Assembly (NCBI GenBank): GCA_011364975.1
Contig: RDOE01000007.1
Span: forward strand, 1-63,704
DNA length: 63,704 bases
Reading direction: 5' to 3'
From: Promethearchaeota archaeon
GTDB lineage: Archaea > Asgardarchaeota > Lokiarchaeia > Sigyniarchaeales > SOKP01
The notes under the pieces were generated by a model that did not search any database, had not been told where the DNA came from, and saw only the letters and a program-made list of their open reading frames with translations. The translations under genes and the position numbers were made by a program. The first letter of the stretch is position 1. Each line of letters begins with the position of its first letter. Positions 41,118-49,904 of this stretch are shown here, piece after piece.

Positions 41118-43259
41118 ATGTCGGAACAACATATTCAAATCTGCAGATTTTGTCAACGTAATATTAAATTAGGATTTTATTGTGAAGATTGTGGTATCAG
41201 TTGTTGTTCTGATTGTTTAAATGAAGAAAAAGTTGACTACTTTTTATGTCAAAAATGTAACTCCAAGGATATTAATATCTTAGAGGATGGAAAGAAAAAA
41301 GTTTGTAAAGAATGCGGCGCAGAACATATTAATCAAGTTACACAACTTTTAAAATCTTGTCCTAAATGCCATTCTCATAAAATTATAAATGTATTTGAAA
41401 AAAAAGATGAATTAGAGAAAAATTTCTTGGATTTAATAAAAAACGTGCGTACTTTTATTGAACCTCTTCGTAGTGTTTCAAATGTGTTATATACGTTAAG
41501 ACAAAAGATAAATGATGCGAGAGCACCTCCTATAAAATGTTTTCATTATTCAAATATGGAAGCTGACTTATTATCTCTTTTTAAATTACTTATTTATGCA
41601 AAAGATAACTTACTTGGTAAGATTCGTAATCTAATTCAACATTTATCAATGAATAAAGATTATTTTTTCAACATTTATTCACAACCAAATTCAAATATAA
41701 GAATTATTGAAGATATATTAGGAAACCTTAATAGAACTTATAAATCAATTGAAGATTTCGTTGAAAGTAATGTAAATACAATAAATAAAAGTATAGAACC
41801 TTTTACAAAAAATCTCAATTTTATAGAAAAAATTACATTATATTTTAAAAAATATTTCAAGTATTTAAATCTCGCAGCTGAGGAAAAACCGGTATATGCG
41901 ATATATGCAAAATTGATAAATGGGTTAAGCACTCAAGATAAATATAAAAAAAATAAGGGCGTTCTTTTTATTACCAATTTTGATCTCTCATTTGTTCATG
42001 AATATGGTAGAATCAAAAAGAAGAAAGAAGGAATTTTTAAAGCTCCTGTGAAGGATTTAACAAGAGTAAAAATTGTTGGAAAAGTCTTCAAAAGATTATA
42101 TATAGAATTTCCTTATGGAAGATACGAGTTTACTTTACCTCCCAATACCATCTCTAAAGTAATGGATTACATCCTCCTCGCTAGAAGTTTTGATGAAACG
42201 ATTATATATGATGAAAATACTGCAAATAAATTATTTGATATTGAATTAGACCTTAGTGGTTTAACAAATTTTATTGAAGAAGCTATAAATTCATTCTTTA
42301 GTTTAAAATGTAAATACAATAACATTAATCAGAATGTGTTAATTTCTAATAATAATAATCTAAATAATGGATCATACCAAAATTTTAGCAATTATCCTAA
42401 TCTTAATCAACTTAATTTAGAAACCAATCGGTTCCAAATACCCCATAACCAATTCATAAATTCCCATCCTGTGTATACTAACCCACCTCCAAATAATTAT
42501 TATAATTACCTTAATAGACCCGAGAATCAATTTCTTTATCAAAAAAATAATCCGATTTTCCCTCAAGGAAATAATCAATTTCAGAATGCGTGGGATTTAA
42601 AATACTATCAGCAACCCATAAGATCCTCCTATCCTATCTCCTATGATGAAGATGACTTTTTCTTACAAAATTTCTATGATACTAGTCGAATTCAAAATTA
42701 TCGTCCTCCTAATTATTCAAATCCTCTAAATAATCCAATATCTGCCTTTGATGAGAAAAATTTATTAATAAGACAACTTGAAAAATTACAAAGACCAAAT
42801 CCTCATAATTTTCCCTCTTCTAATCCATATAATTCTCCAATAACTGATACAACGAGACTTAATCAAGACAATGTATTTAGGGACAAAAATGATAACTTTT
42901 CCTACTTTCAAGAATATTCTAGAAATCATCTTTCCGATTTATTTGAGTATCCTTACGATAATGGAGAAAACTCTCAAGATCTAAAAGGATATACGCCTAA
43001 AGTTGATAAAATAAAACAAAAGAAAAAATTCGAATTAGAACAAGAACGATATAGTCTTGAAGCAACACTAAAGGCATTAGATTCCAAATTTGAATCTGGA
43101 AATATTTCTGAAATTGATTATTTCAAAAATTTCAAAAAGTTACAAAAAGAGATTTACAAAATTGATAAGAAAATTGAAGATTTGAATGAAGAAATTAAAG
43201 AACGAGAATCAATCTCAAAATTTCCAAGAAATTTAGACCGAAGGCGTTATATTACTTGA
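41118..43259 (+). CDS. Multidomain protein: B-box/zinc fingers, coiled coil, PH/GRAM-like domain, N/Q/P/Y-rich low-complexity region, C-terminal helical hairpin
   Basis: CRFC...CEDC...CSDC plus three further CxxC pairs. GVLFITN...SFV (PH/GRAM-like). Asn/Pro/Gln/Tyr-rich aa ~400-610. C-terminal LDSKFESGNISEIDY. Confidence 0.75.
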   Translation: MSEQHIQICRFCQRNIKLGFYCEDCGISCCSDCLNEEKVDYFLCQKCNSKDINILEDGKKKVCKECGAEHINQVTQLLKSCPKCHSHKIINVFEKKDELEKNFLDLIKNVRTFIEPLRSVSNVLYTLRQKINDARAPPIKCFHYSNMEADLLSLFKLLIYAKDNLLGKIRNLIQHLSMNKDYFFNIYSQPNSNIRIIEDILGNLNRTYKSIEDFVESNVNTINKSIEPFTKNLNFIEKITLYFKKYFKYLNLAAEEKPVYAIYAKLINGLSTQDKYKKNKGVLFITNFDLSFVHEYGRIKKKKEGIFKAPVKDLTRVKIVGKVFKRLYIEFPYGRYEFTLPPNTISKVMDYILLARSFDETIIYDENTANKLFDIELDLSGLTNFIEEAINSFFSLKCKYNNINQNVLISNNNNLNNGSYQNFSNYPNLNQLNLETNRFQIPHNQFINSHPVYTNPPPNNYYNYLNRPENQFLYQKNNPIFPQGNNQFQNAWDLKYYQQPIRSSYPISYDEDDFFLQNFYDTSRIQNYRPPNYSNPLNNPISAFDEKNLLIRQLEKLQRPNPHNFPSSNPYNSPITDTTRLNQDNVFRDKNDNFSYFQEYSRNHLSDLFEYPYDNGENSQDLKGYTPKVDKIKQKKKFELEQERYSLEATLKALDSKFESGNISEIDYFKNFKKLQKEIYKIDKKIEDLNEEIKERESISKFPRNLDRRRYIT

Positions 43260-43333
43260 TAAAAATAATTTCTAATCTCAAATATTTCTGTCGAATTTAA
43301 TTAAATTTGGATAAAGAAAAAGTTATGAGATAC

Positions 43334-43987
43334 TTAGCTTCCTTCTAATTCTTTTCTTAATTTTTCAATTTCATCTTCCAACTTTGCTTTAGTTTTTAAT
43401 TCAGGTTCTTCTTCTAGCTCATCAAACTCAGAGATATATTGTAATTCATCTGCGGGTACCTCAGGCATTTGACCACCCTGTTCTAACAGCATCTCAGTCT
43501 CCAGTTGGTTTAACTCATCAGAAACATCTATTGCTAGGTCAATTTCAGGGTCACCCGCTAAAATGTCAGCAGATTCCTCAATCTCTGCTACATAGGATTC
43601 AGAGTCTTCTGCGATCTCAGCAATTTTCTCGGGGGCGGCTTTAGTAGCAATTACTTCTAATTCATCACGAATTCCTCCCATTAAATCGCCAGTTGTTGAA
43701 ATCATTTGTCCTTCTTCTATAGCTTCTATTTGTCTTTCAATTTTCGCGCGAATATTGTTAGCTCTATCAACTTTCATCTGATATTGTTTGAATTGAATTA
43801 AATAATTTTTAGCTCTCTCCTTTTCTCCTCGCTTTAGAGCAATTTTTGCGTTTTTTCGTGCAATTTCTGCTCGTTTATTATATGCTTTATTTGCTAAGGC
43901 TATCTTTCTAATATGAGATTTCGCCTTTATTACTAAATCTTCTTTTTCTTTACCTTTTCTAGGAAATAGCTTCTTTTTTAAGCCCAC
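43334..43987 (-). CDS. ESCRT-III subunit, Snf7 family (Vps20/32/60 class)
   Basis: Basic N-half (AKIALKRGEKERAKNYL), QIEAIE, EKIAEIAED, acidic C-half DELNQLETE...MPEVP. Confidence 0.82.
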   Translation of the reverse strand: MGLKKKLFPRKGKEKEDLVIKAKSHIRKIALANKAYNKRAEIARKNAKIALKRGEKERAKNYLIQFKQYQMKVDRANNIRAKIERQIEAIEEGQMISTTGDLMGGIRDELEVIATKAAPEKIAEIAEDSESYVAEIEESADILAGDPEIDLAIDVSDELNQLETEMLLEQGGQMPEVPADELQYISEFDELEEEPELKTKAKLEDEIEKLRKELEGS

Positions 43988-44139
43988 GTTAAGTTCACTC
44001 TTTTTAGTAGTATATTTTTATAGGATCTGTTTTATAATTAATATGATTTTTTTGACTTAAAAATTTGATAGAATTTAATAAATTAAAATTATTCCTATCA
44101 ATAAAACTTTCAGAGTCCAAACATTGAGGATATAAGATA

Positions 44140-45243
44140 ATGAAAAAAGTCATATTAAATTTTGAAGTTAAGGAAGAGAATTTCAATGATTTAGTGCAAG
44201 AAGCTTTTAATATGAATTTTACAGACTATTTAATTTCTCAAGAAACGGAATTTGAATTTAAAAACATTGAAAGGATCACTACTTACTCATATAACCCAAA
44301 TATTGAAGCGGATAATTTGATTCTCCTCACTAGTAATGATATACCATCTGAGGTAAAAACTGAAGCAAACCTAGGTCTTTATAGGGAAATATTGACCAAA
44401 AAAGATGAACGGAATATCATCGAAGATTCAAATAAGGTTAAAGTTAAATTTATTATAGTAAAAGCTAAAAATTGGAAAGTTATTCCCTTCGAAAATTTAA
44501 TCGCAGAACTACATAAAACAGATATCGATCTAATCGCTTCTGTAGAAACAATAAAAGAAGCTGAGCTAATGTTAAAAACTTTGCAACTAGGAACTGATGG
44601 AATTCTCTTCAAACCTCAGAATGTAAATGATATTATTGAGTTAAAACGTTTAGTTGTAACGGAATTTTCTATTAAATTAAATAAAGCAAAAATAACAAAT
44701 ATTCAATCTATCTCCGAAAGTGAAAGAGTATGTGTAGACACTACGTCTTTATTAAAAGAAGGAGAAGGAATGTTAATAGGAAGTACTGCGAAAGGATTTG
44801 TTTTAGTGCAAGCAGAAGTCTATGAAACTCAATTCGTTTCCTCTAGGCCATTTAGAGTAAATGCTGGAGATGTTTCTGCCTATATTTTAGTTCCTAGTGA
44901 TATCGAAAATCAAGAATATAAAACAAAATATTTAAGCGAACTAAAGGGAGGAGACAAAGTGATTGTAGTAAAGTATAATGGAGATGCTAGAATTGTCACT
45001 TTGGGAAGAGTAAAGATCGAAACACGCCCTATGCTTCGATTTGAATTAGAGTATAAGAAAGAAAATGAGATAGTAAAAGTCAATTATATAGGACAGAATG
45101 CTGAAACAATAAGATTGATTAAACCTGATGGTATAGCTGCATCTATTGTTGATTTAAAGGTTGGTGATGATATCCTTATTCATCTTGGACTAGGAGCTAC
45201 CCACTTTGGAACTAAAATTGATGAAAATATTATAGAAAAGTAA
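44140..45243 (+). CDS. 3-dehydroquinate synthase type II (AroB')
   Basis: WKVIPFENLIA, RVCVDT, GEGMLIGS, SRPFRVNAG, YLSEL, GRVKIETRP, QNAETIRL, HFG. Confidence 0.92.
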   Translation: MKKVILNFEVKEENFNDLVQEAFNMNFTDYLISQETEFEFKNIERITTYSYNPNIEADNLILLTSNDIPSEVKTEANLGLYREILTKKDERNIIEDSNKVKVKFIIVKAKNWKVIPFENLIAELHKTDIDLIASVETIKEAELMLKTLQLGTDGILFKPQNVNDIIELKRLVVTEFSIKLNKAKITNIQSISESERVCVDTTSLLKEGEGMLIGSTAKGFVLVQAEVYETQFVSSRPFRVNAGDVSAYILVPSDIENQEYKTKYLSELKGGDKVIVVKYNGDARIVTLGRVKIETRPMLRFELEYKKENEIVKVNYIGQNAETIRLIKPDGIAASIVDLKVGDDILIHLGLGATHFGTKIDENIIEK

Positions 45244-45263
45244 AATTGAGAATTACTTTTGAT

Positions 45264-45722
45264 TTAATCTTCATACGAGGCCATAGTGCTTTTACTTTCT
45301 TCTAAAATCACTTTAATATGCTTATTTGGGTAAATCTCCTTTACTTTTCCATGTATATATTTTGCCAACAGTTCACTAGTTGTAGCTCGCAATGGAAGGA
45401 ACATAGTATCAGATTTTGGAAAGACATATCGCTTTTTAGTTCTCGTTATGATCTCAATACTATCTTTATCTTCATATATCTCAAGATCTTGAGAGAGTTT
45501 AGGAATTAATACACAGTGATCTATAGGTTTTATAATAGATTTAACTTTTTTTTTTAATTCAATAAAATCTACTACAAAATAATTTTCATCTAATTCCGAA
45601 CTTAATTCTACCGTAACATAATAATTATGACCATGTAAACGAGAGCATTTGAAGGGTTCTTTTAAAAAATGAGATGCACTAAATTTTACTTGAGTAGAAT
45701 TAATAATAACTTTATAAGGCAT
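45264..45722 (-). CDS. queD: 6-carboxytetrahydropterin synthase (PTPS/QueD family)
   Basis: FSASH, CSRLHGHNY, VVDF, DH, TTSE. Confidence 0.88.
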   Translation of the reverse strand: MPYKVIINSTQVKFSASHFLKEPFKCSRLHGHNYYVTVELSSELDENYFVVDFIELKKKVKSIIKPIDHCVLIPKLSQDLEIYEDKDSIEIITRTKKRYVFPKSDTMFLPLRATTSELLAKYIHGKVKEIYPNKHIKVILEESKSTMASYED

Positions 45723-45917
45723 TATAACCCTAAATTATGAAAGCAATTCATTTAAAATTCTTATTCTGTTTTCAAATGCTTTTTTACAAATATATAGTTT
45801 ACGATTAAAAATCATAAAGACTTATATTGAGCAATTAAATGTTAAAAGGTTTATATTTCTTTTAAATTATATAGCTCAACTATAAATTGAGTATTATTAT
45901 ACTATACTAAGAAAATT

Positions 45918-47477
45918 ATGAAGGAACAAATAAAGATCGCGATCACAGGAGCAAACGGTTATCTTGGAACTAACACTATAAAAGCAGCAATAGAGAGAGG
46001 TTGGTTGGTAAATGCTGTGATAAGGAGAGAAGAAGTTTTTGAAGAAGTTAAAAATCTTGGCACAAAACCATTTTTAATAAGAAAATTCGATATCCCTCAA
46101 TTAGAAGCTGCATTTAAAGGATGTAAGGCAGTTATCCATTTTGCTAATATAGTATGTGGTAGTAAAAACCAATTTGAAAACGTAAATATTGAAGGTATGA
46201 AAAGTTTATGCATTGCTGCTAAAAATTCAGGTGTTTCAAGAATAATATATCCTTCAGGTCTCGGTGTTGATAAATATAAAATAGAGACCTGGGCAAATAA
46301 TAATTATTTTTATTCCAAAAATAGAGCAGAAGAATTGCTTATGAGCAGTGGTGTTCCTTATGTTATATTTCGGCCATCCTATATTTTAGGGCCTAATGAT
46401 GAATTGATCCCAGAAATTATAGAACAAATTTATGATGGGATAGTATACATTGCGGGAGATGGGACTATTCCGATGCAACCTATATTTATAAGGGATGCAA
46501 CGTCAGCTTTTTTAAATGCTGCTCAAGGAAATGGAAAGGATAACGAAATTTATAATCTAGTTGGACCTGAAACCACAAATATGGTTAATATAGTAGACCT
46601 TGTTATAAATAAAATTAAAGAAATGGGATTAAATTTGCCCGCTCCGGAAATTCGTCATATTTCATTTGATGAAGCTGCAAGATTTCTAGAAATTTGTCAA
46701 GAGATGGTTGATGTAATGAAATGTGATTTGATAAAAGATGGTAATGTAACTGCAAAATCATTAAATTTCACCTTATCTTCACTAAATTCTGCAATAGAAG
46801 CAGCAGTGTATGAAAAATTGGATATAAAACTAAATTATAATCAAAAGCAAGCGATATTATTACTATCTGGAGGCATTGATTCTACTACTGCTCTTTATTG
46901 GGCATTAAAACATAATTATGAAGTAATTGGACTTTCATTGAATTATAAATGGAGACCTGAAAAGGAGAAAGAAGCTGTAAAAAAATTAGTAGAACTTACT
47001 AATATTAAACTTATAGAAATACCAACACCCTATATAATGGTTGCTACCGATTTAAGATTAGAAAGTTATCCCGTACCTTCTGTAATTAATGCACCTGAAG
47101 GATATATCCCACTTCGGAATTTAGTTTTTTACTCAATCGCAGCATACTTTGCAGAAATTTATGGAATTACTACTATTATTGGTGGACATATTAAAGAGGA
47201 TTTTAAACGATTTAATGATTCAACTCCTGCTTTTTTCACAGCTCTTCAGGATCTAATTAATTTCTCTAAAAATAAGGGAGGGAAAAATAGAATAGATTTT
47301 ATCTTTCCGTTATCCGATTTGAATAAATCAGAAGTAGTAAAAATGGCACAGGAATTAAATGTACCTTTAAATCTAACCTGGAGTTGTTATAGCGATTTTG
47401 AAAAAGCTTGCGGAAAATGTATACCTTGTCAATCACGTGAAAAAGCTTTAAAGCAGTTAGCTGAAAGTAATAAATAA
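45918..47477 (+). CDS. queC: Atypical SDR (NAD(P)-binding) domain fused to 7-cyano-7-deazaguanine synthase
   Basis: N-terminal TGANGYLG, HFA, YFYSK, RPSYILG. From aa ~310: LLSGGIDST, YIPLRN, TWSCY...CGKCIPCQSR. Confidence 0.88.
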   Translation: MKEQIKIAITGANGYLGTNTIKAAIERGWLVNAVIRREEVFEEVKNLGTKPFLIRKFDIPQLEAAFKGCKAVIHFANIVCGSKNQFENVNIEGMKSLCIAAKNSGVSRIIYPSGLGVDKYKIETWANNNYFYSKNRAEELLMSSGVPYVIFRPSYILGPNDELIPEIIEQIYDGIVYIAGDGTIPMQPIFIRDATSAFLNAAQGNGKDNEIYNLVGPETTNMVNIVDLVINKIKEMGLNLPAPEIRHISFDEAARFLEICQEMVDVMKCDLIKDGNVTAKSLNFTLSSLNSAIEAAVYEKLDIKLNYNQKQAILLLSGGIDSTTALYWALKHNYEVIGLSLNYKWRPEKEKEAVKKLVELTNIKLIEIPTPYIMVATDLRLESYPVPSVINAPEGYIPLRNLVFYSIAAYFAEIYGITTIIGGHIKEDFKRFNDSTPAFFTALQDLINFSKNKGGKNRIDFIFPLSDLNKSEVVKMAQELNVPLNLTWSCYSDFEKACGKCIPCQSREKALKQLAESNK

Positions 47478-47830
47478 ATTAAAACTCTTAATAAATTATT
47501 ATAATAATATTATCTTCGGTTCACAATGGGGAATATTATTATATTCTCAGGACACATTTAACATTAATCATTCAAAATCGTTAGATATCGAAGAGCCTTG
47601 TTGTGATGCTATATCTTTATATCATACTTTTTTACTTATTGAATTAAATAAAATCACAAAAAAAATCTCACATCAATAACGTAATAATGATAACTAAATT
47701 ACGGAAACTTGATTAAAATAATAATAAACTATATAATTTCTAATTAATATATCACACAAGATATAAGCTTGAATTTAGAGTTCATTAATTTTATTAATTA
47801 AAAAAAAAATTTTCATTTAAATTCTATATA

Positions 47831-48949
47831 ATGACCGAAGAAAAAGAAGAGAAGCAGATTGTTAAGCATTGTGTATATTGTGGCGCAAAAGTCAAAAAAG
47901 ATCAAGCCTATTGTCCCCAGTGTGGAAAATTAGTGATAAAAATTAAAGGTAACTCAGAGAAAGAATCATCAAAAGAGATCACTCCCTCGATACAGAAAAC
48001 CCCAGTTAAATCAAGGAAATGTTCAAATTGCGGAGCGATTATTACATCCACTATTTTAGAGCAATGTCCAATATGTAATACGAAATTAGAGAAGCTTCCT
48101 AAAGAGTTGATCGCTACTACTACGATCTCCACACAAAAAAAAACAGGCTTCATTTTCTCAAATAAAAAATTAGTGCCTGAACAAAAATTTATCTTAAAAA
48201 AGGATATTTGGAATTTTCGAGAAGGAATTTCAGTTTTTGGAAATTCATTATTGGCTTATGTTACAATTCGATTTCTTATAATCCTATTAATAGCATTTCA
48301 ATTTGATCCTGAAGGAACAGGAACAATCGATCTCAACATCACTACTCTCATTTTAAGTCAAATCCCTGATATAATATTTGGAGTATATCCATTATGGTAT
48401 ATCTATTCAAAAAAGCATAATTTGAAGAAATTAAGCTTATATTTAAATCTAAAATCTTCTTTAAAAGCCCTTATGATTGGTATCATTGGTAGTATCGGGC
48501 TTATTCTTCTAGATAATTTTTCTTCTATCATTATTGAGTTTATGTATAATTCTGGAATGGATTTTTTTAATATTTTTGAATATTTGGGAGAAGAATATCT
48601 GGTAATTAAAAATGCAGATATATTTTGGATAATCCTTTTATGTATCTTATTAAGTTTATCCGTTATTTCAACAGAATTAGTATTTAGAGGCGTTTTACAT
48701 AATAGCCTAAAAGCACAGTTTGAAAATAATTTAATCGGGAGGATTTCTATTATTTTAATCGTTGCATTGATTTATGCAGGGTTATTTTTACTTTTTTCTT
48801 GGCCAGTTGGATTATATTTCTTCGCTATCAATTTTCTTGTTTTCATAATATTGGGCATCCTCTTTGAAATTAATGGTAACCTACTTAACACAATTTTAGC
48901 TAATGCAATTTACAACATCATCCTAGTTATCTTCATATTCATTTTTTAA
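47831..48949 (+). CDS. Double zinc-ribbon plus CPBP (CAAX protease-like) membrane protein with degenerate active site
   Basis: CVYC/CPQC/CSNC/CPIC. TELVFRG in place of EExxFR; His motifs absent (LANAIYN). Confidence 0.75.
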   Translation: MTEEKEEKQIVKHCVYCGAKVKKDQAYCPQCGKLVIKIKGNSEKESSKEITPSIQKTPVKSRKCSNCGAIITSTILEQCPICNTKLEKLPKELIATTTISTQKKTGFIFSNKKLVPEQKFILKKDIWNFREGISVFGNSLLAYVTIRFLIILLIAFQFDPEGTGTIDLNITTLILSQIPDIIFGVYPLWYIYSKKHNLKKLSLYLNLKSSLKALMIGIIGSIGLILLDNFSSIIIEFMYNSGMDFFNIFEYLGEEYLVIKNADIFWIILLCILLSLSVISTELVFRGVLHNSLKAQFENNLIGRISIILIVALIYAGLFLLFSWPVGLYFFAINFLVFIILGILFEINGNLLNTILANAIYNIILVIFIFIF

Positions 48950-49083
48950 CCACAACAAACAGATCCATTATTCTTTAATATATAAATTTAATAATAAGAA
49001 AAATCAAATATCTCTAGTGGTATTATTAATAGGTTTACCTCTATTATTTACGACAAATTCTAATCAATACGGAGATAAGCAGA

Positions 49084-49803
49084 GTGGTTAAAAAACGTTA
49101 TCGAAATAGAGGTAGTAAGGATAATATAATTATTTCAATTGCTGGTGCACATGGTATTGGAAAAACGACGATTTTCAATATTTTAAAAAAAAATTTAGCT
49201 GAAAATACGAAATTTAAATTTTTTCCTGAAAGATATAAGAAGATACCACCATTTCCATTTGGTTCAGGTGATAAACAAATTGCATTCCGAAGTGAAATAC
49301 ATTTTCTCCAGCAGCTTATTAAAAGAAACAAAAATATTACAAATTTTGATAACAGGTATAATGGAAGAGTCATTATCTTAGATAGAACACCAGTTTGTGT
49401 TTTAATTTATTCAAAAAGTTTAAATCTTAAGGAAAAAGATTATGAACTTATCTTAGATATGTATAATTCAGTAAAGTGGAAAGAAAATTACATAATCTAT
49501 TTAACAGCTAAACCAGAAACAATTTTAAAAAGAATTATACAAAGAGGAGCTATTGACAAAATTCGTAAGCATTGGAATGAACATGATAAAGAATATCTAT
49601 TAAAAATTCTCTCCTATTATAATGAATTTTTATTATCTAAAAATCAAGCTAAAAATGTATTAATACTTGAAACAGACAATCTCACCGCTGAAGATGTTGT
49701 AGAAGAAATAAAGAAAATAATTACAGATTTATCCGGTTATTCTTTTAGAAAGTCTGATAAATCTCCAAATACACAAAAGAAAATAAATGAATTTTTTGAT
49801 TAA
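49084..49803 (+). CDS. Deoxynucleoside/thymidylate kinase family
   Basis: GAHGIGKTT, PE, ILDRT, IIYL...RIIQRG. Confidence 0.8.
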   Translation: MVKKRYRNRGSKDNIIISIAGAHGIGKTTIFNILKKNLAENTKFKFFPERYKKIPPFPFGSGDKQIAFRSEIHFLQQLIKRNKNITNFDNRYNGRVIILDRTPVCVLIYSKSLNLKEKDYELILDMYNSVKWKENYIIYLTAKPETILKRIIQRGAIDKIRKHWNEHDKEYLLKILSYYNEFLLSKNQAKNVLILETDNLTAEDVVEEIKKIITDLSGYSFRKSDKSPNTQKKINEFFD

Positions 49804-49904
49804 ACGATAAAAAAATATATTAATATGGATTATTTGATATAAATTAATAAAATATAATTATAATTACATTTAATTTAATTAGAATTAAAGGTTCTTGATT
49901 TAGT

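Noticed and set aside
45918-47477. QueC as part of an anti-phage system (QatC or Dpd type)
   Set aside because: No defence-associated neighbours (ATPase, TatD, dpdA). The QueC domain is canonical and paired with queD.
47478-47830. 350-bp intergenic gap with a slightly GC-richer patch; possible sRNA or C/D-box RNA
   Set aside because: No clean C (RUGAUGA) and D box pair, tRNA cloverleaf or stable stem could be established by eye. An Infernal/Rfam search would be needed.
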